Assembly (NCBI RefSeq): GCF_006345805.1
Contig: NC_043005.1
Location: 105,834,001 to 105,898,000 of the forward strand
Reading direction: 5' to 3'
DNA from: Octopus sinensis
Lineage: Eukaryota
Length of the DNA stretch: 64,000 nucleotides
The translations under genes and the position numbers were made by a program. Below the pieces are notes generated by a model. That model had not been told where the DNA came from and did not search any database. It saw only the letters and a program-made list of their open reading frames with translations. How positions within the stretch are numbered: position 1 is the stretch's first letter; the number at the start of each line of letters is the position of its first letter. Shown here piece by piece: positions 25,866 through 37,641 of this stretch.

Positions 25866-26989
25866 TTACATATACATATATATATGCACACATATCTGTC
25901 TATCTATTTATCTATCTATCTATCTATCCATGTATCTGTGTGTGTGTGTGTTGATTATTGATTGGAAGAGAGATTGATACACATACACACATACAAACAC
26001 ACACCTATATATATTAATATACATCTAAACAAACTTTGTCAGCATGATAGTGGACATAAAATGTTGTTTCTGATGGTGAAGATGATGGTGAGGATGATGG
26101 TGATGATGATGACGACAACAACGAATTGACGGCAATGACTATTATGACAAGGAGGGGGAGGAGGAGGAGGAGGAGGAGGCAGAAAAGGATGATGGTGATG
26201 CATGCGTGCTCCCACACTTATGCCACGTACGCAGGCAAACGCACACATGCCTTCTCATGCACACAAACACCTTTTTTATGTATGTCCATAAACACATACA
26301 CATACTGAGACACACACACACACATACACACACAACTACATACATATACATACATATATATATACGTATATATATATATATAGATGTACTAACTCCAACC
26401 CAAACTAAACACGAAACTCAACACTCAGCTAAACTAAACTAAAGAAGAAACCACAAAACTTTTTTTATTTATTTCATTCAATCTTGTCGGGGTATCAGAT
26501 TACTTCAAACAGAAATTCAGTATATTTCTTGTCTGATGCTATTTTGTTGCGTTTTTTTTTAATTGCATTGCTTCATATTTGGCCTTCTTCTTCAAAATAC
26601 TAGGTCATAAGATGCTTGCCTAAACTTTCTACTATTACTAACACTCGTGTATCACTTCTACCTCCAACAAAACCCTAACCATCCTCCCTTACTTCAGCAT
26701 AGTCACTCAAGCTTGCAGTGAAAATATCACTAAATATACTCACAAATCATAAAATAAATACAACAAATAAAATAAATACTGCAGAAAATAAATATATATA
26801 TATAAATATAATAAGTATGAAGAAGAGCAAGCAGAGAGATCTAGAATGTTCTGGATGGAAATTTTAGTTCATGCTTTTTGGAAATCATATTAATTTCAGA
26901 TTATTACGTTATCACACATGCTCACATTCATATCATTACACACTCACACACACACACACACACACACACTTAGATACTTAAATATATAT

Positions 26990-27025
26990 TCATATATACA
27001 TCTTTTATGTTTTATATATATTATG

Positions 27026-27069
<44 letters not shown>

Positions 27070-27095
27070 TATATATATATATATATGTATGTATG

Positions 27096-27132
<37 letters not shown>

Positions 27133-27314
27133 ATATATATATATATATATATCTTTATATATATATATATATATATATCTTTATATATATATTATATATA
27201 TATATATAATATATATATATATATATGTATGTATGTATGTATATATATATATATTATATATATATATATATAATATATATATATATATCTTTATATATAT
27301 ATATATTATATATA

Positions 27315-27345
<31 letters not shown>

Positions 27346-27355
27346 GTATATATAT
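26990..27355. repeat. Long imperfect (TA)n array
   Basis: Direct inspection. Confidence 0.95.
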
Positions 27356-28482
27356 ATTCATGCATGTCATTGATGTTCATGTTCATGCTGGCATGGATTT
27401 GATAACCATCAAATTCTGTGGGTTCAAGGACTGAATCATGCTCCAGTGACCCCTTTGGCATGGTTTCTATGATTAGATGCCCATCCTAAAGCCAGTCACT
27501 TTACAATGTGTATTGGGTGCTTTTTCATGACACCAGCACTAGTGAGGTCACCCTGCAGCATACAAGACTATGAACCACAAAGGGGAACAACTGTATGCCA
27601 GGGAAATGAGGAGAGGAGAGGTGTCAAGTATAAGAAGCAAAGTCTGTTGTAGAACAGGTTTTGTGCTGTTGAGGAGCTGCATGGCCATTTGTATTTTAGA
27701 ATCGAGGTTGGTGATGATCTGGTGGAGCTGGAAAACGGCAAAAAAAAAAATAGTGGTTGCGATGTGCCATGGTGGACCTTCGAGGCATGAGGTGTGTAGG
27801 AAAGAGTGGGAGCATAGATGCCAGGAGTGAGTGCGGAAGTGAGGGATGTCTGATAGCATGGAACACCTGAGTAGAAATGGTGATACGGTGAACTGGAGAA
27901 GGTCAAAAGAAAGATAACATAACTATTAGGTAGGTTGCAAGAGTGTAAGGGTGCAAGAGTGATAGATGCAATGTATGAGGAGGGTGGGATGTGCGGTGCT
28001 GGGGGGGGGGAGAGAATTTGGGGGCATCCACAGCTATGAAGCCAATTGGTTTCATCGATGTGGATGACTCTTCTTGAGAACCATGTATCACCAACCATCC
28101 CATTTTTTCAACATCTCCTCCTCTTAGAAGTTCAAAATCTTGGGAACGGCCTTCACTACCTCATCCTATGTTTTTCTGTGTCTCTCTCTTCCACAAATTC
28201 CACCAACATTTAAGGATTGGCACTTATTTATACAGTTGCCATCATTCATACACATAACACATCCAGCTCAGTCTTCTTTCTTACACACTACAGCTACTTC
28301 ATTGGGCCCAGTTTTTCTTTCACCACATTTGTCCTATGTCTTTCAAACATGTTTACATTGTACATCCAAATGGGTTTGTTCACTTTGCTTTCTTTCCATC
28401 TCCTCAAGTCTTCTGCATTCAATGTTCATGTCTCACTACCAAGCAGCATCACAGTTCTAACTCAAGCATCATACAATATGCC

Positions 28483-28929
28483 TGACAACAAAGGCAGTGA
28501 GCTGGCAGAATTGTTTGCACACCGAGTGAAGTGCTTAGCGGTATTTCATCTGCCGCTACGTTCTGAGTTCAAATTCCTCCAAATTCCTCCTTGCCCATTA
28601 TCCTTTTTGGGTCAAAGAAACAAGTATCAGTTATGCACTGGGGTTGATATAATCAACTAGCCCCTTCCCCCAAAATTTTCAAGGCCTTGTGTCTAGAGTA
28701 GAAATAATTATTTTAAGGTAGTGAGCTGGCAGAAACGTTAGCACACCGAGTGAAATGCTTAGTGGCATTTCGTCTATCTTTACGTCCTGAGTTCAAATTC
28801 CACCGAGATCGACTTAGCCTTTCATCCTTTGTGGGGTCGATAAATTAAGTACCAGCTGTGTACTGGGGTCGATCTAATTGACTAGCCCCCAACCCCAAAA
28901 TTTCGGGCCTTGTGCCTAGAGTAGAAAAG
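28483..28929 (+). mobile_element. Two tandem SINE A copies sharing one 8-bp TSD
   Basis: aatatgcc at 28475-28482 and 28930-28937; removing the insert restores the RTE reading SLRVQG-ILYDA. Confidence 0.85.
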
Positions 28930-29262
28930 AATATGCCCTTGAACTCTAAGGGAAAAACATTTTGTTTTCAGCAACAGTAATAGCTCCTGGAACTTTCTCC
29001 AACCCATTCTTACTCTCACTGTTATACATTCAGAGCAATCACTACCTTGATAATTAGGTCCCCTAGGTAACAAAAGCTATCATCTATATGTAGTGAGCCA
29101 TCCAGATATTGAAGAAAATCTGGTGGCAGTGTGCTCCTTGTACAGACTGCTCCAGTGCATCTACTGCATGTGAAGTTTGCATTACTGGATAGTCTGCCTG
29201 TGATTCCACCATGTCTCATGTGCTTCCATAGCTTACACTGGGCACAGCATATAGAGTTCATA

Positions 29263-29525
29263 AAAATAAATAAATGCTACCTTTTAAAGCCTAGCCAGGC
29301 TCATGGGCCTGGTTTCCCGGTTTCAATGACGTATGTGTTCCCTAGCTGGACGGGACGCCAGTCCATCGCAGCTTTACTCATTTTTGCCAGCTGAGTGGAC
29401 TGGAGCAACGTGAAATGAAGTGTTTTGCTCACGAACACAACACATTGCCCAGTCCAGGAATCGAAATCACAATATTACGATCATGATGCTGACACCTTAA
29501 CCACTAAGCCACGTGCCTCCACATA
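29263..29525 (-). mobile_element. SINE B head/core with alternative tail 2
   Basis: Head and core as at 10459; tail ggactggcgtcccgtccagc...; imperfect TSD aga(g/a)ttcata. Confidence 0.8.
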
Positions 29526-29747
29526 CAGAATTCATACCTATGCTTTTTCAGAATGCCATTATCCTGATGGTACCAATGTCCTCACTTCTTTCCTACTTAC
29601 TATGACTTTTGTTTTTGGTAGGTTTACCCGAAGACCTCTGAAATCTAGGCTTTGTTCCGATGGTTAAAATGTCTTCTCTGATATATACTCAGTACATAGT
29701 ATAAATTAATGAATGACAATAGAATGTGTTACATAATTGCTTTCATT

Positions 29748-29791
29748 AGCTTACTGCTGTTTCTGCTATCAGGAGCATTTCATTCAGAGCT
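29748..29791 (-). ncRNA. Degenerate hammerhead-like fold
   Basis: AGCU-CUGAAUGA-AA-UGCU(CCUGAU)AGCA-GAAAC-AGCA-GUA^AGCU; one extra base in the core. Confidence 0.4.
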
Positions 29792-30497
29792 GAGTGTTTG
29801 TGCAATATTCTATAGCTTCCTCAGAGCTATTAAATGACAGACAGACAAACAGACAAACAGACACATATACACGTTTGTATGTGTACAGAATATATTTCAA
29901 TATTTCCACTTGGCACACGTGCGCAGAGGTCTAGCTTTACTGTGATTATATGATATACATGCATTGACCCATTTAAACAGTTCCCACATGAATACTAAAA
30001 TCTAAGCAGTTGCCACTGACCATGATTCTTTTGTCATGGATGCTAAGAACATATTTTTCCGAAGGCTACTGTGAATCTGTGTCAGTATTCAATAAAGATA
30101 ATGGCAGGTCTTTATAGGCCTTCTTGAACCCCCATACAAGGCTTTGAAGCAGTGCCCAACAACATCAAGTCCTTTCTCTAAAAACACAGTTCTAGGAAAT
30201 ATTAGTGATGGGTAATTTTAATATTCCTTACATAAACTGGCCCACAAAGACCCTAAAACCAAATAATTGCATTTGAACACCAAACAAAGCAGCAGCAGAA
30301 TTGCTATTCAAATTCATGCATAAATTTTTCCTCTCCCAACTTGAGTTTGAGCCACTAAGACATCAGCAACATTTGATCCCAGAATGTGGAAGTATCTGAA
30401 TAAATCCAGCAAGGAATTTTGTTTGATGTTTTAATGATGCTACCAATCTATAGAACAAAATTATTGTAGAGACCAACATGTATTTTCACTCTTTAAA

Positions 30498-30960
30498 TCA
30501 TCATCATCATTATCATCATTGTTTAACGTCTGCTTTCCCAGCTAGCATGGGTTGGACGATTTTGATTGATGGCTGGCGAACCAGATGGCTGCACCAGGCT
30601 CCAATCTTGATCTGGCAGAGTTTCTACAGCTGGATACCCTTCCTAATGCCAACCACTCCGAGAGTGTAGTGGGTGCTTTTTACATGCCACTGGCACGGGG
30701 GCCAGTCAGGCGGTACTGGCAATGACCTCGCTCGAATCTTTTTAGACATGCCACCGGCACAGGTGCCAGTAAGGCGACGTTGGTAACGATCACGCTCGAA
30801 TGGTACCCTTTTATGTGCCACTGGCACGGAAGCCAGTTGGCTGCTCTGGCAACGATCACACCTGGATGGTGCTCTAGGCACCCTACTAGCACGGGCACAA
30901 GTGCCAGTAAGGCGACACTGGTAATGATCACACTCGAATGGTGCCCTTTTATGTCCCACT
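30498..30960 (-). mobile_element. RTE-clade LINE 3'UTR fragment with ~5 internal repeats
   Basis: Near-paralog of 122-505. Confidence 0.85.
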
Positions 30961-31599
30961 ATTTTGACCTTCTCTGTTCCAAGATCAAATCCTATTAAAA
31001 TTAACTTTGCCAGACATTTCATTTACTAAATATTTATAAAATAAATACCAGTGATATACTAGTGTTACTTCAATCGATTATATATCCTCCCTATCCACAC
31101 ACACAGACACACTCTAAATCTGGCCATTTGCCAAGTCAAATAGCATTAAAAAAGTTAGAAGATTGTATTACAGAATAGTTTAACCTTCAATGTTTTCAAC
31201 ACTAATAATAATATTAATAAAAATAACTGAAAAATCAAAAACACACAAAACATGTTGCATACCTAGAGAATTGGAATTCCAAAAAGATTGTATTGCAAAT
31301 CTTCATTTGAACTTGTTATCTTTGTCTTCCCACCTCACTTCTAAACATTACTATGGTACTTACAATAGGCTAAATTTAGGATTCTTCACATAGAGATATA
31401 TTTTGGATCAAAACATTATAAAGTTCAGTTAAGAAAAACCAGAAAACGATGCCATGTCTCCTGACCTACTGATATCTTATCATAGCTTCCGCTAATCAAG
31501 GTGTTATTTTTTTGTTTTTAAAGGCCAGTTCTAAAGAAAGATACTACTTGCATATGAAAGATATAATCAATGGGGTGTGTGTTTGTGTATGCATGTATG

Positions 31600-31640
<41 letters not shown>

Positions 31641-31794
31641 ATCTATACATATATACATGTGTGTGTGTGTATGATGCTATATGTACAAAATGGGTACATT
31701 TCGCCCAATAATGTATATGCATGCAAGTGTATATACCTGGGTGTTTATATATATATATCAATATCTATACTTATATCTATCTATCTATCTATCT

Positions 31795-32981
31795 AATGCG
31801 ACACTCGTGGCGAATAGCACCGCGAGTGTCGCGTTGCTCTCAAGCAACTCTGCCGTCCTGGGTCAAACTTGAGTGACTCCATCACAACCAAAGCATTCTA
31901 TAGGGGATTAGAGGAGGGAAGGTATGACAATGAGCTCGGGGCGAACCTGGACGTCGACAAGGAATACCTGACCCGCCTGTTCGGGACGACTTTTGAGCCA
32001 GGGCCCATGGACAACTTCCAGAGATCCCTGGCCTGGCAGTGCTACCGAGAAGCGCTACCCGTTCGGGATAAGCTCTACAGACACGGCTCGAGAAACACGG
32101 GGCCGACCTGCCCGAGATGCGGTCAGAGCGACGAAACCGTTCTGCACGCACTCGTGCAGTGTCCAACAATTTCCGACCTGTGGGCTTATGTCGAACAACT
32201 GCTGTCACGTGTGGGACGAGTCGGTTTATCAGCCGAGTCTATCGTCAATATTGTCACGCCTCCTTCCTTCAAACGGGAAGGAAGAGCTATTTTCATCATC
32301 CTTGTGGCTAAGGCGAAAGAATGTATCTGGTGGACGCGTCTGAAAGGATTGGAGACAAACACTTTCCTCTCTGGTCAATCTCTCATCAACTTCTTCAAGT
32401 ACCACTTGAAAAGGAAAGTGAGAGTAGAGAGGCAAGTTTTGTCTAGTGAATGTTTTAAAAAAAGATGGGTGAATGTAGCAAGGATGGCACGTATGACTGA
32501 CGAAGCCACCTTGAGCATAATCCTATGAACCCAGAAATTGAAAACAGAGGGTTACCCACTTGCAAACAAATGTGGTAACATATAACAATATTGACCAAGG
32601 TTACCGTGGTCTTTTTCGTAGGATTTTCTTCCCATGGATAAACCTTACTTGCTTTCCCCTTTACACCATACATCATGACACTGTGATACACGATCCCTAT
32701 TGATCGTTTTTTTTCCTCTCCCCCTTCTTTCCTCTTTTTTCTTCTTTTTTCATTTTTCTTTTCTTTTTTTCACTTTTTCCTTTTTTTTTCTTTTCCTTTT
32801 TTTCTTCTTTTTCTTTTTCTTTCTTTTCCTTTTTTTCTTTTTTTTCTTTTTTTGTTCTTTTTTCCCTTTTACGATCCCTTTTGATCGAAAACCTACGCCA
32901 CCTTTTTTTTTTCTCCCCCAAAAGAAAAGCTCTACCTTGTAACTTGTCCCATAAGCAGCCCTGTGTGGCCAATAAAGAAAC
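31795..32981 (+). mobile_element. Tx1/L1-clade LINE, 5'-truncated, flanked by (TATC)n on both sides
   Basis: Open C-terminal ORF, T-rich 3'UTR, end gccctgtgtggccaataaagaaac. Confidence 0.85.
31818..32528 (+). CDS. Truncated LINE ORF2 C-terminus with CCHC zinc knuckle (zf-RVT type)
   Basis: Uninterrupted frame; WQCYREALPV...CPRCGQSDETVLHALVQCP..LW; CpG-rich, so probably young. Confidence 0.85.
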   Translation, partial: HRECRVALKQLCRPGSNLSDSITTKAFYRGLEEGRYDNELGANLDVDKEYLTRLFGTTFEPGPMDNFQRSLAWQCYREALPVRDKLYRHGSRNTGPTCPRCGQSDETVLHALVQCPTISDLWAYVEQLLSRVGRVGLSAESIVNIVTPPSFKREGRAIFIILVAKAKECIWWTRLKGLETNTFLSGQSLINFFKYHLKRKVRVERQVLSSECFKKRWVNVARMARMTDEATLSIIL

Positions 32982-33029
<48 letters not shown>

Positions 33030-33131
33030 ATATATATATATATATGTAGGTCCCGGGTTGATTCGGGGTTAACCACAGTAAATAAGGTACTCAATACATA
33101 GCAGAGTAAAATTAATTTATTATATAGAAGG

Positions 33132-33182
33132 AGCTTCTACAGGACTAGAACTGTTTCATTCAAGAGAAATCTTCAGGAAGCT
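33132..33182 (-). ncRNA. Type-I hammerhead ribozyme (left arm)
   Basis: Identical RC of 34411-34461. Confidence 0.75.
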
Positions 33183-33455
33183 AGTTAACAAGAATTGTAT
33201 TGGCATTTATACATTTAGGCAGGTTTAAAGGGGTGTTGGTGGGGGACTTTTTGGGGGGTAGGCATAGCGCAAAAAATCATACTTGGGGGAGTGGTCAAGG
33301 AGTCAGTGTTAAATTAGATAGGAGAATAAATAAAAAATAAAAAATAAAAAATAAAAAATAACAAATAAAAAATATAAAATATAAAAAATAAAAAATAAAA
33401 AATAAAAAATAGAAAATAGAAAATAAAAAAATATAAAAAAATATGTAAAAAAAAT

Positions 33456-33488
<33 letters not shown>

Positions 33489-33550
33489 ATAAAAAAATAA
33501 AAAATAAAAAATAAAAAAATAAATAAATAAATAAATAAATAAATAAAAAA

Positions 33551-33587
<37 letters not shown>

Positions 33588-34410
33588 ATATATATATGTA
33601 TAAAGGGGGGGAATAGAGTTTTAGGTAAATAAGGAGATTCTCACTTATACCTCTACACATACACACATATATATACAATCACACATACATATACATATCT
33701 ACACATACACATATATATGTATACATACACACACTCACTTGCATACACGTATACACACATGTATATATACACACACGACCACACATACATATACACATAT
33801 ATATACATACACATATATATATATATACACATATATATACATATGTGTACCCATGCATACCTACACATACACACATATATATATACATATACAAATACAG
33901 ACCCATTCCCTAATTTTAATTTTATTATCTTCGTTTATTACTTTTGTTATCTTTGGCCGCTTGGTCACAAACATCTTGGCTATGACAGCCAGACCATTTA
34001 TCCGTCTACTGGAAAACAATTACTCATTCACTCACGCACACTCTTTAGCACGTACACTCACTCATTCGTACACTCATTTTTTTATTTTTATTTTTATTTT
34101 TATTTTTTTATTTTTTTACATATTTTTTTATATTTTTTTATATTTTTTTATATTTTTTTATTTTCTATTTCTATTTTTTATTTTTTATTTTTATTTTTTA
34201 TATTTTATATTTTTTATTTGTTATTTTTTATTTTTATTTTTATTTTTTATTTTTATTTTTTATTTATTCTCCTATCTAATTTAACACTGACTCCTTGACC
34301 ACTCCCCCAAGTATGATTTTTTGCGCTATGCCTACCCCCCAAAAAGTCCCCCACCAACACCCCTTTAAACCTGCCTAAATATATAAATGCCAATACAATT
34401 CTTGTTAACT

Positions 34411-34461
34411 AGCTTCCTGAAGATTTCTCTTGAATGAAACAGTTCTAGTCCTGTAGAAGCT
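34411..34461 (+). ncRNA. Type-I hammerhead ribozyme (right arm)
   Basis: AGCUUC-CUGAAGA-UUUC(UCUU)GAAU-GAA-ACAG(UUCUAGUC)CUGU-A^GAAGCU; predicted cut after 34455. Confidence 0.75.
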
Positions 34462-34501
34462 CCTTCTATATAATAAATAAATATATATATATATATATAT
34501 A

Positions 34502-34960
34502 TGGAAGGGCATCCAGCTGTGGAAACTCTGCCAGATCAGATTGGAGCCTGGTGCAACCATCTGGTTCGCCAGTCCTCAGTCAAATCGACCAACTCATGCT
34601 AGCATGGAAAGTGGATGTTAATTGATGATGATGCTGATATGTGTGTATATATATGTATATATATAAGTGTATATATATATATATATACACACACACACAT
34701 GCACATATACATATATATATGTGTGTGTGTGTATGTGCACACACACATACACACGTGTGCACATGTGTTTATCAGTAATGGTGTCGCATAAAAAGCTCCC
34801 AATGCACTCTGTAAAGTGGTTGATGTTACAAAGGGCATCCAGCTGTAGAAACCATGCCAAAACAGACATGGTGGTCCAATGCGGCTCTGGACTTGCTAAA
34901 TTCTGATAAACCTTCCAATCCATGCCAGCATGGAGAATAGGCATTAAATGATGATGATGA
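34502..34960 (+). mobile_element. Two RTE-type tail fragments (34502-34632, 34775-34960)
   Basis: gggcatccagctg motif and (gat)n tails. Confidence 0.75.
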
Positions 34961-35097
34961 TTATGTGTGTGTGTGTGTATTATATATTTCTACCTCTGCC
35001 TGAGGAATTACATTGAGGAGAACCTATATATGTTTTCTACATGAATGTACCTGTTATGAATTTATTACATTTATTATTATTATCATTATTATTATTA

Positions 35098-35161
<64 letters not shown>

Positions 35162-35223
35162 CATTATAATTATTATTATTATTATCATTATTATTATTAT
35201 TGTTATCATTATTATTATTATTT

Positions 35224-35445
35224 ATAAGGTGGTGAACTGGTAGAGTTACTAGCATCCCAGGCAAAATGCTAAGAGACATTTTGTCCATCTTCATGTTCTG
35301 AGTTCAACTTCCACTGAGGTCAGCTTTGCCTGTCATTCTTTCAGGGTTGATAAAATGAGTACCAGTTGAGTACTTGGGTCAATGTAATTCACTTACCCCT
35401 TTTCAATTGCTGGCTTTGCACCAAACTTTGAAATCCTTATTATCT
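35224..35445 (+). mobile_element. SINE family A, diverged
   Basis: aaggtggtgaactggtaga head; gggttgataaaatgagtaccag core. Confidence 0.75.
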
Positions 35446-35540
35446 ATACTTATAGTTATATTCATAACATTTCCAATACCATAATGAAACGTGTGTAACA
35501 TGGAATTAAAGATAATTCAAACTTTCCAGTCTTTGTTTTA

Positions 35541-35574
<34 letters not shown>

Positions 35575-35580
<6 letters not shown>

Positions 35581-35780
35581 ACGCAAAGAGAAAACACAAC
35601 AACGCGAGGACGTGGAACAAGTATAGTGTTATTGGATACTCAGGAAACAAAAGAAAGAGGGAGGATTTAACATTTCAAGCGGAGTTCTTCATCAGAAACA
35701 TAGGAAAAGGAAAGACCCAAGGAAGGGAAGACAGGAAAAAAAAATCGCCAACGATACACACGCAGTCACATATTAAACAT
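35575..35780 (-). mobile_element. PLE-like terminal fragment with degenerate hammerhead (35666-35698)
   Basis: RC tttCTGATGAagaactccgcttGAAAtgttaaa. Confidence 0.55.
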
Positions 35781-35814
35781 ATATATATATATCTATATCT
35801 ATATATATATATAT

Positions 35815-35975
35815 AAATAATACTTTATTTAAAAGCAGCAGAAATTCAACAAAACGTGTTACTCGGAGTTTCACGTTCCCGTTCGTTGGACATTAAATAA
35901 AGCATATTACTCTGCCTCTGGTATTTGAGTACTCCTTTTCCCACCTTGTTTCACATTTATGTGTTAACTCCGGTA
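35815..35975. mobile_element. PLE-like fragment with degenerate hammerhead (35857-35892, minus)
   Basis: RC tgt-CCAACGA-acg(ggaa)cgt-GAA-act(ccg)agt-a^aca. Confidence 0.5.
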
Positions 35976-36609
35976 TATATAATATATATATATGTATATA
36001 TATATATATTATATATATATATATATATCTATTATATATATATATATATACCTAGATACACACACACAGCATGACTAAAAGAAGGCATGAAGGTCAAAGC
36101 TAGAACATCAAAAGTCATCAAAAGTCTGTTCAGGCTGGCTGGGTTGGGCCTAAACAACAATAACTATTATTATTACTTTAATTTGCTCCCTTGAAGTAGT
36201 GTTAAATACTGAGCTTGACTAATAACTGCAGGAAGATTACATCTCCACCATATTTGACTATAAATTTTACACTGTGTCTCTAAAATTATAAGCAGTCAAT
36301 GAAAAAAATAACCAAAATTCATAAATAATTCATGCATCCAAAGAAATTATTTCAAGGATTATTATCATTGTTGGTGTTGTTGTCGCTGTTGTGTTTTGGT
36401 GTTTTGAAATCACTGTAGTTGTTGTTTTGGTCTCTTTGAGAGCTTTTAATTTATTTAAAAAAAAAAATTTGCTCTTTTGTAGAGTAAATCCAGTTTTAAG
36501 AAGTTCACATGATAAACATAAACCATAAATGAGGTCAACAACAATATGAAGATGGCAATAATGATGAATTGGATGATGATGAAGATGACTACGCTGATGT
36601 TAATGATGA

Positions 36610-36629
36610 TGATGATGATAATAATAATG

Positions 36630-36675
<46 letters not shown>

Positions 36676-36689
36676 TAATAATAATAATG

Positions 36690-36721
<32 letters not shown>

Positions 36722-36767
36722 GATAATGATAATAATAATAATAATAGTAATAATAATAATGATAATG

Positions 36768-36828
<61 letters not shown>

Positions 36829-36830
36829 TA
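36610..36830. repeat. (AAT/GAT)n array (other (ATT)n arrays at ~35055-35222, 37275-37365, 37505-37640, 38160-38245, 38495-38705, 42730-43000)
   Basis: Direct inspection. Confidence 0.95.
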
Positions 36831-37139
36831 GGGCTAGTTTGATAATAAGAACATGATTAAACAACAATAACACACATTTGCAACAAAGCCAGATTTACAG
36901 ATAAGGACCAATTAAAATTGCACACTTAAAGTAGAAATTGAAGGACAAGAAGATATAAGTAAAAAAAAGGACAATGGTCACAATAATAATAGAAAGACAT
37001 CAACAAAAATAATGATAATAATAATAATACTAAACATAAGAATTAGAAAAGCAATAAAAACAACAACAGCAACAGCTGTGTCAGTAACTGGGTGAATGAT
37101 AATAATGAAAGTAACAATAACAACAACCACAACAATAAT

Positions 37140-37270
37140 GGTTTCAAATTTTGCTACAAGGGAAGCAAGTTTTGGGGGAGAGGTTAAGACAATTACATCG
37201 ACCCCAGTGCTCAACTGGTACTTATTTTATCTACCCTGAAAGGATGAATGGCAAAGTCAACCTCGGCAGT
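37140..37270 (-). mobile_element. SINE family A, 3' part
   Basis: gaccccagtgctcaactggtac...aaggatgaatggcaaagtcaacctcggc. Confidence 0.75.
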
Positions 37271-37287
37271 AGCATTATTATTATTGC

Positions 37288-37342
<55 letters not shown>

Positions 37343-37364
37343 GTTATTATTATTATTATTATTA

Positions 37365-37505
37365 TAAGGTTGTCCCAAAAGTTCATAGAAAGTTTTGGAA
37401 AATAATGGTCTTTATTTTGAGGAATAATTTTTGTTGTTTTTGTTAGTACTTGGCGAGTAAAAATTCAATTTTCGCGAGTGTTTACGAACTTTTGGGACAA
37501 CCTAA
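37365..37505. mobile_element. Mariner-type MITE (141 bp, TA TSD)
   Basis: TIRs aggttgtcccaaaagttc / gaacttttgggacaacct. Confidence 0.85.
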
Positions 37506-37596
37506 TATTATTATTATTATTATTATCAGTATTATTATTATTATTATTACTATTATCATTATTATAATTATTGTTATTACTATTATTATTATTATC

Positions 37597-37640
<44 letters not shown>

Positions 37641-37641
<1 letters not shown>

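Larger units (their letters stand above)
27360..29670 (-). mobile_element. RTE-clade LINE relic (RT C-terminal half + 3'UTR) with nested SINEs
   Basis: GLRVNLPKTKVIVS (29595-29640), NSICCAQCKLWKH..FTCSRC (Cys-rich insert), SFCYLGD, RVRMGWRKFQELL, LYDA*VRTVMLLGSET; RTE-type tail at 27360. Confidence 0.85.
33046..34478. mobile_element. PLE-like terminal repeats in inverted (head-to-head) arrangement
   Basis: 33115-33332 is the RC of 34261-34478 with one mismatch; the A-rich/T-rich extensions also match; each arm has a hammerhead. Confidence 0.8.
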
